64,000 bases of DNA from Mobula hypostoma. Taxonomy: Eukaryota. Within the stretch, counting starts at the first letter, position 1, and each line of letters begins with the position of its first letter. Made by a program: the position numbers and the translations under genes. The notes under the pieces are model-generated. The model saw only the letters and a program-made list of their open reading frames with translations, searched no databases and was not told the DNA's origin. This document shows, in pieces, positions 38,900-51,414 of this stretch. The stretch lies in assembly GCF_963921235.1 (NCBI RefSeq), contig NC_086097.1:46502001-46566000 (forward strand). The letters run 5' to 3'.

Positions 38900-39415
38900 G
38901 CTAGTCCTTGCCAGATGTTGAAGGGTGTGAGGGAAGAGAAGTGGGTGCAGTGATAATTACAAGGGAGAAGGTGCTCAAAATACCGAAAGACCTAAGGGTA
39001 CATAAGTCACTCGGACCACATGAGCTGTACCTCAGGGTTCTGGAAGAGACAGCGGGAGAGATTGTGGATCTCTCATAAGCGTTAGACTCTGGCATGGTGC
39101 CAGAGGACTGGAAAATTGCAAACGTCACTCCACTCTTTAAGCAAGGAGGAAGGCAGCAGAAAGGAAATTCTCGATCAGCTAGCCTGACCTCAGTGGTTGG
39201 GAAGATGTTGGTGACAATTGTTAAAGATGAGGTTCTGGAGTACAAAGTCAGCATGGTTTGCTTAAGGGAAAATCTTGCTTGATGAACCTATTGGAATTCT
39301 TTGAGGAGATTACAAGTAGGATAGATAAAGGGGATGCAGTGGATGTTGTATATTTGGACTTTCAGAAGGCCTTTGATAATGTGCCACACATGATGCTGCT
39401 TACCAAATTAAGAGC
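38900..39415 (+). mobile_element. CR1 LINE RT N-terminal fragment
   Basis: 'VPEDWKIANVTPLFKQG...SLTSVVGKML', 'KSCLMNLLEFFEEIT...DVVYLDFQKAFDNVPH'. Confidence 0.9.
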
Positions 39416-39489
39416 TTTGAATCTTGAAATAAGTTCGACATAGTACTCATGAACAACTACAAAATTAGTCCATCACTGAGAGTTGTATC

Positions 39490-40605
39490 AGAATCAGTGT
39501 TATTATCACAAGACCATAGGATATAGGAACAGAATTAGGCCATTTGGCCCATTAAGCCTGCTCTGCCATTTCATCATGACTGATCCATTTCCCTCTCAGC
39601 CCCAATCTCCTGCCTTCTCCCCATATCCCTTCACTGAATAAGACATGAAACGTGTTGCTTTGCCGCAGCAGTACAGTGTAAAGATGTAAAAATCTATAAA
39701 TTACAAAAATAAATAAACAGTGTACACAAAAGGTTTAACAAGATTGTGTTCATGGATTCATGGATCTTTCAGAAATCTGATGGTGGAGGGGAAGACGCTG
39801 TTCCTAAAACATTGAATATGGGTCTTTGCTTCCGCTCCGATGGCAGTAATAAGAAGAAAGCATGTTCTGGATGACAAGGGTCCTTAGCAATGGATGATGC
39901 CTTCTCAAGCCACTGCATTTGGAAGATGTTTGGGATGATGAGGAGAGTTGTGTCTGTGATTGAACAGGCTGAGATTACAACCCTCTGCCGTCTCTTGTGA
40001 TCCTGTGCTAGAATGTGCAGCATGAATCCTGTAACACACATCAAAGTTGCTGGTGAACGCAGCAGGCCAGGCAGCATCTGTAGGAAGAGGTGCAGTCGAT
40101 GTTTCAGGCCGAGACCCTTCGTCAGGACTAACTGAAGGGAGTCTGACTGAACTAGCTGAACACATGAATCCTGTGCTGGGCTCCATGCCAGAATGTGTTG
40201 CAATCAGTCAGAATGCTCTCCACCATACATCGACAGAAATTTAAAGTCTTCAGTGACTTACAAAATCTCCTCAAACTCCTAATCAAGTAGAGAAGTTGAC
40301 ATGCCTTCTTCATGATTGCATCAATGCGTTGGGCCCTGGACAGATCTATTTAGATATTGATGCCCAGGAACATAAAACTGCTCAACTACTGACCCCTCAA
40401 TGGGACTGTTGTGTGTTCACTCAACTTCCCGTTCCTGAAGTCTACATTCAACTCCTTGGTCTTGCTGACACCGAGTGCAAAGTTGTTATTGTGACACCAC
40501 TCAACCAGCCAATCTATCTCACTTCTGAACACTTCCTCATCGCCAATCTGAGATTCTGCCAACAACGGTGGAGTAATTGACAAAATTATAGATGGTATTT
40601 GAGTC
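39490..40605 (-). mobile_element. Rex1/Babar-like LINE 3' portion with nested CR1 tail (~39515-39630) and a PLE-derived insert (40033-40162)
   Basis: ORF 40386 'EIDWLVEWCHNNNFALGVSKTKELNVDFR'; 'KASSIAKDPCHPEHAFFLLLPS'. Confidence 0.82.
40093..40130 (-). ncRNA. Minimal type I hammerhead ribozyme motif (PLE-associated)
   Basis: Minus strand 5'-UAGUC CUGACGA AGGGUCUCGGCCU GAAA CAUC GACUG-3': stem I UAGUC/GACUG, core CUGANGA and GAAA, stem II AGG/CCU, AUC triplet; predicted cut between 40098 and 40097. Activity not shown. Confidence 0.7.
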
Positions 40606-40949
40606 GTTTTTAATTCTTCTTCTTCTTAAGGTCTTCACCCCTACTTGGCATAGGCTGGCAACACTAGCCCACTAGAGTCCACTGGCCTGGGCCAGTTTTT
40701 CAAGGTGTCCACAGGTGTAGCTCATCAAAGATCCTTGCTCTCCCGGGGATGAGGTCTTCGGAGCTTCTGTTGGCATTTCTCTTGCTCTGAGTTTTTATGG
40801 GATGGGGTTCCTAGCCCTATACCTAACTCTCCTCCTTTTGCAGCTGGGCCTGGGGCTATCCATGGCAGGAGTTTTGTTTTTAATTGCATAGTCATTAATA
40901 TAAAGAGAGTAGAACAATGGACTGTGCATGCATACTTGAGGTGTACCTG

Positions 40950-43900
40950 TCAGAAGGTCATGGAACATACGGCATAGAAACAGGCCCTTTGGCCCATCTC
41001 ATCGATGCTGAACTATCATTCTGCCTAGTCGCATTGACCTGCACCCAGACCATAGCCTCCATACCCCTCCTATTCATGTGCCTATCCAAATTTGTTTTAA
41101 ATGTTGAAGTCAAACCCACATCCACCACTTCTGCTGGAAGTTCATTCCACACTCTCACCACCCTCTGAGTAAAGAAGTGTCTCCTCATGTTCTCCCTAAA
41201 CGTTTCACCTTTCACCCTTAACCCATGAACCCCTCTTCTAGTCTCACTCAACCTCAGTGGAAAAAGCCAGCTTGCATTTACCCTATCTATAGCCCTCATA
41301 ATTTTGTATACCTCTATCAAATCTCCTCTCCTTCTCCGACATTCTAGGAATGAAGTCTTAACCTGTTCAACCTTTCCTTATAACTTGGGTCTTCAAGTCT
41401 GGGCAACAACCTTGTAAATTTTCTCTACACTCTTTCACTCTTATTCACATCTTTCATGTAGATAGGTGATCAAAACTTTACACCATGTTCCAAATTAGGC
41501 CTCAATAATGTTTTATGCAACTTCAGTATAACATCCCAACTTCTGTACTCAGTACATTGATTTTTGATGACCAATGTGCCAAAAGCTCTCTTTATGATCC
41601 TATCTACTTGTGATACCATTTTTAAGGAATTATTTATCTGTATTCCCAAATTCCTCTGTTCTACCACACTCCACAGTTTTATTTTTCTGCCCATTTTTTC
41701 AGTTTGCCTTGATTCCACTGCAAGCAGTCTTCCTTGCTGTCCAATACACACTTCTTTTGTCATCCACAAATTTGCTGATCCTTCTTGTAATGCAGGGACA
41801 GGAACTGTGCACAATGTTCCACATGTGCCCTAAATGAAGTTTTATACAGCTGCAATATGACTTGTGGAGCATCTGCCTTCAACATCCTGACTGATAAGGC
41901 AAATATGAAGTATACCTTCTTTACCACCCTAACTACTTGTGTTGCCAATTTCAGGGAAATAATAATGCACATCCCGAGATTCCTCTGCCCATTAATGTTC
42001 CAAAAGGAACCTGCCATTTATTTGAATGAATTGACTTTATTTCTTAATCCTTCACATACATGAGTAAAAATCTTTACATTACATCTCCGCCTAAACGTGC
42101 AATGTGCAATCATAGTCATTTATAATAAATAGAACAGTCAACGTAACATAGAAATGCACTCAGATCAGTGTGAATTAATCAGTCTGATGGCCTGGTGGAA
42201 GAAGCTGTCCCGGAGGCTGTTGGTCCTGGTTTTTATGCTGCGGTACCATTTCCCAGATGGTAGCAGCTGGAATAGATTGTGGTTGGGGTGACTCGGGTCC
42301 CCAGTGATTCTTCGGGCCCTTTTTTCACACCTGCCTTTATAAATGTCCTGAATCATGGGAAGTTCACAACTACAGATGCACTGGGCTGTCTGCACCACTC
42401 TCTGCAGAATTCATCAATTAAGGGAGGTACAGTTCCCACACCGGGCAGTGATGCAGCCAGTCAGGATGCTCTCAATTGTGCCTCTGTAGGAAGTTCTTAG
42501 ATTTGGGGGCCCATACCAAACTTCCTCAACCGCCTGAGGTGAAAGAGGCGCTACTGTGCCTTTTTCACCACACAGCTGTTGTGTACCGACCACGTGAGGT
42601 CCTCGGTGATGTGGATGCCGAGGAACTTAAAGCTGTTTACCCTCTCAATCCCAGATCCATTGATGTCAATAGGGGTTAGTTTATCTCCATTCCTCCTGTA
42701 ATCCATAACCAGCTCCTTTGTTTTTGCAACATTGAGGGAGAGGTTGTTTTCTTGATACTAATGTGTCAGAGAGATGACTTCTTCCCTGCAGGCCACCTCG
42801 TTATTGTTCAAGATTAGGCCAATCAATGTCGTGACTTCGGCAAATTTAATTAGCAGCTTGTGGGTGGCGACACAGTCATGGGTATACAGGGAGTAAAGGA
42901 AGGGACTTAGTACACAGCCCTGAGGGGCTTCTGTGTTGAGAGTCAAAGGGTGGAGGTGAGGGAGCTCACTCTTACCACCTGCCGACCATCTGACAGGAAG
43001 TCCAGGATCCACTGCACAAGGCAGGGTGAAGGCTGAGGTCTCTGAGCTTCCTGTCGAGCCTGGATGGAATTATGGTGTTGAATGCTGAACTGTAGTCCAA
43101 AAACAGCATTCTCACAGAAGCATCCTTTTCCAGACGTGCAAGGACGGTGTGTAGAGCAGTGGCTATTGCGTCATCTGTTGATCGGTTGTGTTGGTAGGCG
43201 AATTGTAGAGGTTCCAGTGTAGGTGGTAGCAAGCTGCAGATGTAGTCCTTGACCAGCCTCTCAAAGCATTTGCTTATTATTGAGGTGAGTGCAACAGGAG
43301 GCCAGCCATTCAGACACGTTACCTTGGTTTTTTTTGGTAGAGGGACAATGGTGGATGTTTTGAAGCAGGAGAACACTCTACACTGGGAGACGGAGAGATT
43401 AAAAATGTCTGTAAACACACCTGCCAGTTGTGCTGCCCACATCTCAAGTACTCGTCCTGGGATGCCGTCCAGTCCAGCAGCCTTGCAACTATCCAGTCGT
43501 TGGAAACATCTGCGTACCTCAGTCTCATAGATGACCAGGTTACAGATAGTAGCAGTGGCTTTCCTTGGAGGCTCAGAGTTAGTGGACATCGTTGCATACT
43601 TTACCATTATGTTTGACCCTCCAAAGTGCAATACCTCACACTTGTCTGGATTAAACTCTGTCTCTCATTTCCAGTTGGTTTACATCCTGCAACCTTCCTC
43701 ACCATCCACAACTCCACCAATTTCCACTTCATCTGCAAACTTGCTATTCAGCTCATCTACATTTTCATCCAGATGTATTGCAAACAATGGGGTCTAGCAA
43801 CAATCCCTGCAAAACACACCACCAACAGATTCAAGTTCAGATTCACATTTATTTATCACATGCACATCGAAACATACAGTGAAATGCGTCATTTGCATGA

Positions 43901-44680
43901 ACAACCAACACCACCCAATGACGTGCTTGGTGCAGCCTAAAATTTTCACCACACATTCTGCCATCAACATAGCATGCCCACAACATTTCTCTACCACAAC
44001 TACCCTCTATCTTCTTTGGCAAAGTCAAATTTCAATCCAGTCTACCAAGTGTCCATAAACTTTACAAATCCTCCCTTGGAGGGTCAGACACCCTGAGCCA
44101 ATAGGCTGGTCCTGGACTTATTTCCTGACATAATTTACATATTACTATTTATGGTTCTATTAATATTTAATTTATGGTGCAACTGTAACAAAAACCAATT
44201 TCCCTTGGGATCAATAAAGTATGACTATGACTATCCCACAAGCCTCAGTCTTCTGGATCACCCTGCCATGTGGGACTTCGACTTTAATGAAGTCCATGTA
44301 TACAATATCTACTGCTCAACTCTCATCAATCATCTTCATCACCTCCTTAAAAAAATCAAATATATTTGTAAGACGTGACCTCCCCCACACAGAGTAAAGT
44401 GGACTGTCCCTCAATGCGCCCACACTTTTCTAGATGCAAGTGGATCCTATTTTTAAGTAACTTCTCTCGTGATATGCAAGTCAGCAATCTATAATTCCTG
44501 GTTTGTTTTTGCTACATGTTATGAAACAGGAGGACAACACTGGCTATTCTCCAGTTTCTGGAACCTCATTTGATCCCAGATGTCATGATCTCTGTCAAGG
44601 CCACAGCACTCTCCTCTCTAGCTTCTCTTAATAACCTGGGATAGGTGCCATCAGACCCTCGGTCTTATCCGCTTAACAAT
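40950..44680 (-). mobile_element. CR1 LINE (RT to 3' UTR), fragmented by Rex and short insertions
   Basis: ORF 40958 'IEVYKIMRAIDRV...FFTQRVVRVWNELP'; ORF 41470 'LHKTLLRPNLEH'; reverse-strand 'tttgcagatgaagtggaaattggtgg' (FAD..KIGG) near 43715-43740. Confidence 0.82.
42023..43575 (-). mobile_element. Rex1/Babar-like LINE, relatively well preserved, nested in CR1
   Basis: Longest ORF in the window (219 aa) 'KAAGLDGIPGRVL...PVALTSIISKCFERLV...LQFAYQHNRSTDDAI...[13 protein letters not shown]'; '[18 protein letters not shown]'; frameshifted. Confidence 0.93.
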
Positions 44681-44774
44681 TAGGAAATTCACCATACAGT
44701 TTTCCTTTTGTAATCCTTAGATCATATGGAAATCTTACTCTGCTGGATCTGTGATTTTTCAATTGCATGGAAAG

Positions 44775-45050
44775 ATTTAAAGATGAGCTTTCTTTGTTGC
44801 ATGTACGTCAAAACAGAGAGTGAAAAGCAAGACAGTCTTCAAGTGTCGGCTCACTGCTGGCACCAACAAAACATGCCCACGACTTATCAAACCCAACCCT
44901 ACATCTTTGGAATGTGGGAGGAAACTAGGGGAAACCCACACAGTCACGAGGAGAATGTGCAGACTCCTGACAAATAGAAGCAGGAATCGAACCGTGATCA
45001 GTGATAATTGGCGCTGGAGAACAATTGCACTGACCAATATACTACAATCT
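44775..45050 (-). mobile_element. SINE (V-SINE/HE1-like)
   Basis: 'acatctttggaatgtgggaggaaactaggggaaacccacacagtcacgaggagaatgtgcagactcc' is the reverse of the shared SINE core. Confidence 0.6.
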
Positions 45051-46715
45051 GTCTCTACTTAATCTGTTGGAGACGCTGTCTTCTATTAATTACAACAGAC
45101 ATATTTAAGTGGCAGGACAAAAATTTTTCTCGCCTTTAATGTCATAACTTGATCAAATTCCTGCAAAAAATCGAGCAAGTAAAAAAATTACCCTCCAGCC
45201 TGCCTAAAGAAAGTAAAGGCCTTATCAACAGGTCAATTATGAACAGTATTAAGCAGGACAGGGAAACAGAAGAAAATATTAATTATTGTAACATTATAGA
45301 CAAAATTATCTTTATTTCTGAAGTTTTACAGTGGAGGAAGTGCAATCATATTACAGCTGTTGTAAAGCAATACACACAAAATGCTGGAGAAATTCAGCAG
45401 GTCTGGCAGTATCTGTAGAAATAAACAGTCTATGTTTCAGGCCGAGACACTTCTTCAGCATGGTGACAACAGCTCATAAGTGATATCGTTGTAAATCTTG
45501 TTTCAAACAAAAAAAAATCAAAAATACACCAAAATATCATTCTGACTGAATAGAAGTGGTCCACCAAACTATCTGCTTGTTAGGGACAAGGTCAAGAGCG
45601 GAGTGCTTTGCAGAACACTTCTGTTAAGTCTGTAATGATATCCTGAGCTTCCAGTTGCCTGATACTTTAATTCCACTCCTGCACTAATATACTCACCGTA
45701 CCTAATCTATCGCAGGATACTTGCATTCAAATTGAATTCAGATCATTTTCTGCTTTTCTTCATTGTATCCAACATGGGTAGTTCTCCAGTAAGATTTTTC
45801 ACCTGTCATATTAACTTGCTGTTTCTCTTCCCACAGATGCTGCCTGAATGCTGCCATTTTAAACATTCTCCTTTTGGGTTCAGCAACAACTCTGGCAAGC
45901 ATTCCAAAGCTCTAACCCATCTCTTTAGTTTACCCTCATTAATCTATTAAGCAAATAGTTTCATAAACATTGGAATAACTTGGGCAACCTTAGTCTCACC
46001 TTATCTGCGATATTACCTTTGTTTTATCCATCCATCTCCTTCCTACACTCCAATATCCTTCTGCAACTTGAAACCAAAACTATTTTTTTTAAATTGTTCT
46101 AATTTTGATGAAGTCATTTGACCTAAAAAGTTAATTTGATTTTCTCTTTCCATAGATGTCCCCATCTCATTAAGAGCTACCGGCATATTCTGTTTTTAAT
46201 GACAAAAGTGGATTACTCAGACCATGAGGCTTGGTCAGCCATTCAATTAGAACATGACTACTATCAGAGAAATTTTACTCAATAAAAACTAGTAACCTCT
46301 TGAAAATTTCAGTCAAATATATAGAGGATAAAAAACTTAAATTAGGCTGCATCTTTTTTCAGACATTCCTGCATCCAAGGATCTGATCATGGTGTAATCA
46401 ACCGAATAAGTTCTTCCATTTCTGCAATAGGTCTGCACTTGGAATTACATGAAAATCTTAATTGAATATTAAATTTTAAAATTGCTGCTTACAGTATTTT
46501 GAAGCTTAATTGCAACCCTTTACCCCATTTATGTTACAACATTAGTGATGAAAAAATATCTTTCTTTATGATACTCTGTTGTAAAATAGCCAAATTGTCT
46601 GTTACCTCTGGAAGCAAGAGTTACAGAACAAAAATGTAAGCTTCTGTATGCATGTTTGTTTGATGTTTTCTTGGCACTTGCAATCACTTGGAAAACAACT
46701 CTTTAAGTGGTCCTT

Positions 46716-47024
46716 GTGGGCACTTGTGTGGGCACGTGGCCAAGTGGTTAAGGCATTCCACTAGCGACCTGTAGGTCGTGAGTTCAAGCCCCAGCCGAGG
46801 CAGCGTGTTGTGTCCTTGAGCAAGGCACTTAACCACACAGTGCTTTACAATGACACTGGTGCCAAGCTGTATCAGCCCTTGTCCTTCGCTTGGACAACCT
46901 CGGTGTCATGGAGAGAGGAGACTTGCAACTGCCGGTCTTCTATACAGCTTTGCCCAGGCCTGCACCCTGGAGAGTGAAGACTTTCCAGGCGCAGATCCAT
47001 GGTCTCGCAAGACTAACGGATGCC
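46716..47024 (+). mobile_element. tRNA-derived SINE with 13-bp TSD
   Basis: A box TGGCCAAGTGG (46737-46747), B box GAGTTCAAGCC (46780-46790), central 'gtgtccttgagcaaggcacttaac'; TSD TTAAGTGGTCCTT at 46703-46715 and 47025-47037. Confidence 0.88.
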
Positions 47025-48289
47025 TTAAGTGGTCCTTCAAGAGGCCAGTGGATTTGGCGACTTGTTTGTTGAGGGATGAAGTTAATATCACACACTGCAA
47101 CTCCTGTGATGCAAAGAAATGATCATGACAGGCCAGATATCTGCTCCTGCCCCTGCCCATTCTTAGTTAGATTTTTTGTGAAATTCTTTGAGTGTATCAG
47201 AAGTTTGTTTATTTGTTGACACTGTTGTTAGCAATTTATTGAAAACAAAATAAATGTTAAATCTATAGCAACAAAGAATCATCCTGTGCAAGAATCTGCA
47301 GCAAAGTTAAAATCAAACTCATAATCATATTCAGTGTGCATCATTTTGCATGGGCATCAGGTAGCAGCAGCTTGACAGAAAGCACAGCTGTTAATTTGCA
47401 GGTGTAAATTGTTCTTGACCTTTGTCAAAAAGATGTTTCAGATTTATCTTGTCATTTCAGAATCGTTTACAGAATCATTTGTACAAATTGTTCAAGAGCT
47501 TTCATAAAGATTTTCTCGAAGCATTTTGAAATAATAAAGAACTGAAATATCTGATTAACCAAACTGACAAATTAAATCTAAACGTGAAAGTGCAAGATTG
47601 AATGTGACTGCTGTTCGGCCTAATGGTACACATAATAACATAGCAGGGATTAAGATTTTGGAAAACAGAAATAAAGATGACTACAAAGAATAAAGTCATC
47701 TTCAGTGCCTGATACACTTAAGATAATTGAATGGTTCTGAGAATAAAATATACATTTTGCAGCACCATCATGTAAATGAGTTTCACAGCTTTCAGATCAA
47801 TTTGCAATCTTTACGGTATTCAGTGACCTGTAGTTTGAAATAAAATTCACTGGATAGATTTCAATTTACAAGGAAGTTAAAATATCAATATTGTAATAGA
47901 ATGGTCGTGGAATTCTAAGCAGTAAATTTCCTGTAACATTGTTTAATTAGGACATAATAAGGAAAGAAATACTGGTCTGAATTGTAACTCATATGGTGTA
48001 CGATATGGGAGCTGAGCAGGTTTTAAATCATTGAAAGCAATAACTTGCGGGGAAGCCTCTAACACACCAATCATGTTTAATTTAAATACACTGGTCTGCA
48101 TTCAAGCCGTCGCCTTGTGCAAGGTCAGTTGCCAATCTCAAGACTTTCTACTCAGTTGCAGTGATAATAACAGGTTTGTTTAGGAGTGTGCACATGAAAT
48201 TGTGGGGCTTGCTGGTGCTTACTAGTGGAAGGAAAGTGGGAGCACAGCTACAGTGAATGGGGCTGCAGAATGGATGGGCACTGGCTGAG

Positions 48290-48980
48290 CAATGGCTAGT
48301 AACATACAGTACATGCTACAGAAGTGTTAGGCATTGACCTTCTCCAATAACAAAGATTCCAATCACCTATGCTTGACGTTCAATGGAATTTCTAGGGCCA
48401 AGAACACCACCTTCAACAGAGAAAGGATTAACCTCAACTGAGCTGGCAGCACTAATAGTGTGGCTATAAGAACAGGTCATAGGCTGAATATGCTGTGATG
48501 ACTGGCCCACCTCCCGACCCTGCAAAACATCTCCACCATCCACAAGGCGCAAGTCATAAGCATGGTGGAATACTCTCAGCTTGCCTGGATGACTGTAGCC
48601 CCAACAAACCTCACGGAACACAGAGTGATCCAAGATGAAGCAGTCTGCTATATTCTTAGCCCATCTAAGATTCTAATCACTTATTTTTTCCATTACGGGC
48701 AGAATGTCTGCAGTGGTACTTTTCAATTATGTACTATTAGTTAGTCACTTTAGTTACTCCGGGAGCTCCTCACAAAACTGTAATCTTCCCGACCAAGAAG
48801 GACGTAGACAGCACTATCACCTACATATTCTCCTCTAACTTGCACAACATCCTGACTTAATAGTCAAAACTGCGTTGGTTTATTGTCCCTGGCTCTAAGT
48901 ATTGAATCTCCCTCTCCAGCAACATTGTTGGGGTTCTTTTATCGTAGTTCAAGAAGGCAGTTCGACATCACCTTCTTGAG
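48290..48980 (+). mobile_element. Old CR1-clade LINE 3' part; its tail resumes at ~51370-51410 after the Rex insertion
   Basis: 'accatccacaaggcgcaagtcataagcatggtggaatactct' (TIxKAQVxSxxEYS); 3' 'ttcaagaaggcagttcgacatcaccttct' and later 'ggatgggcaataa'. Confidence 0.65.
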
Positions 48981-48984
48981 AAGG

Positions 48985-51345
48985 CCAGTAATCCCAACGC
49001 ATTTCAAATCATAGTCGGAGACTTCAACCAGGCATGCTTGAAGAAATCCCTGCCCAATTATCATCAGTGGTTACCTTAGACCACTGTTATACTAAGATAA
49101 GGAATGCCTACCTTTCCATGCCAAGACTGCATTTCGAGAAATCTGATCACTTGGCTGTCTCTCTCCTACCAGCATACAGACAGAGGCTAAGGAACAAGGC
49201 TCCAGAGATTAGAACAACAAAGAAATGGTCGCAGGAGACCGAGAAGTGGCTATGGGATTGCTTCAAGTCGGTGGACTGGGCCATGCTCAAGGATTCATCT
49301 ATGGATCTGAGTGAATACACCATGGTTGTCACGGATTTCATAAAAACAGTTGTAGGTGAGTGTGTCTCCACAAAATCAATGTCTTGCCCAACCAGAAGCT
49401 CTGGATGAACCATAGGATCCACAATCTTCTGATGGCCAGATCAGAGGCATTCAATTCTATTGACCAAAAAAGTTACAAGAGGACAAGATATGATCACTGG
49501 AAAGCCAGTTCATGGGCGAAATGGCAATTCCAGACTAAACTTGAATCAACGAAGGATGCTCGACATTTGTGGTTGGGCTTGAATGCTATGGCATCCTAGA
49601 AAGTAAAATCAAGTGACATGGGTGACCACAGGGCTTTACTTCCAGATGAGCACATTGCCTTCTATGCTTGCTTTGACCACCAAAACTTGGAGGAACCATC
49701 ACAAACTCCCACAGCCCCTACTGATCCTGTGATTTCAGTCTCTGATGCCGGTGAGCGAGCATCCTCCAGGTGGGTGAACCCACGAAAAGCTTCCGGCGCA
49801 GACAGGGTACTTGGCCGAGTACTAAAGACTTGTGCTGATCAACTGGCTGGTGTGCTCACTGAGATCTTTAAATTCATGCTTCAGCAGTCTGAGGTACTCA
49901 TCTGCTTCAAGCATTCTTCAATTATATCGGTGCCAAAGAAGAACATGATAACTTGCCTCAATAACTATCATCCAGTAGCACTTACATCCACAGCAATGAA
50001 GTGTTTTGCGAGGTTTATAAGAAACATATTGAACAGCCTGGGAAATGACTTGAATCCACTCCAATTTGCCTACCGGTGCAACAGGTCCACAACAGATACC
50101 ACCTAATTGGCTCTTCACTCAACGCAACATCTAAACAGCAAAAATGCATATACCAGAATACTCTTTATCAACTATAGCCTCGGCATTCAATACTATCATC
50201 CCCTCAAAGCTAATCAGTAAGCTTCAAGACCTAGGCCTCAATACTTCATTGTGCAATTGGATCCTTGATTTCCTCATTTGCAGACCCAAGTCAGCTTGGA
50301 TTGGCAACATCATCTCCTCCACAATCTCCATCAGCACAGATGCACCACAAGGCTGTGTGCTGAGCCTCCTGCTTTACTCGCTTTACACTTATGGCTATGT
50401 GGCTAAGCACAGTTCCAATGCCATATTCAAATTTGCTGACAACACCACCAAATTGAAGAAGGTGATGAACCAACATATTGGAGGGAGATTGAAAATCTGA
50501 CTGAGTGGTGCCACAACAATAACTTGTAACTCAACGTCAGCAATACCAATGAGCCAATTATTGACTTCAGGAGGAGGAAACCAGAGGTCCATGAGCTAGT
50601 CCTCATCAGGGAATCAGAGGTGGAACAACTTGAAATCCCTCGGTGTTATCATTACAGACATCCTGCCCTGGGCCCAGAATGTAAGTGCAATTATGAAGTA
50701 ACCATGGCAGCATCTCTATGTCCTTTGGAGCTTGAGAAGATCTAGCATGCTATCTAAAACTTTGAGAAATGCCTGTAGATGTGTGATGGAGATTATATTA
50801 ACTGGATATATCACTTGGCATTGAAGCACCAATGCCCTTGAATGGAAAATCCATCAAAATATGGTGAGTACAGCCCAGTCCATCATGGGTAAAGCCCTCC
50901 CCATCATTGAGTACATCTACATGGAGCGTAGCCACAGGAAAACAGCATCCATCATCAGGGACCCCCGCCACCCAGGCCATGCTCTCTTCTCACTGCTGCC
51001 ATCAGCCTTAGAACTCACACTGCCAGGTTTAGGAACAGTTATTACCCCTCAGTCATGAGGGTCTTGAATAAAAGGGGATAACATCTCTCATCTTCCCTTG
51101 CCCCATCACAGAACAGTCCCCATACCCTGTGGACTCACTTTCAAGGACTCCATCTTATTTGCACAGTTTGTTGTCTTTTGCCCACTGGTTGAATGCCGGG
51201 TTGGTGCAGTCTTTCATTGATTTTATGATGGTTGTTATTCTATTATGGATTTATTGAGTATGCCCACTAGGAAATGAATCTCAGGGCTGTATACATTGAC
51301 ATATACATATGTACTTTGATAATAAATATACTTTGAACTTTGGAC
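48985..51345 (+). mobile_element. Rex1/Babar-like LINE, ~2.4 kb (end of APE, RT, 3' UTR)
   Basis: 'GDFNQA', 'TLDHCYT...FEKSDHLAV', 'NNYHPVALTSTAMKCF...LQFAYRCNRST', '[16 protein letters not shown]...FKFADNTT'; tail 'ctttgaactttgg'. Confidence 0.93.
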
Positions 51346-51414
51346 TTTAATTATCACTCATCCTAACTGCCTCTTAGGGAAGGTAGTTACGGATGGGCAA
51401 TAATTACTTGCCTC

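Noticed and set aside
42972..43631. 219-aa ORF as a functional reverse transcriptase gene
   Set aside because: Fragment of a 5'-truncated Rex LINE; its N-terminus (MHFGGSN) comes from the flanking CR1, and downstream frameshifts and an altered catalytic motif (FAEVT) break the RT.
45694..45802. Minus-strand coding exon ending in a GTGAGT donor
   Set aside because: All three frames contain stops and the acceptor side overlaps a PLE remnant.
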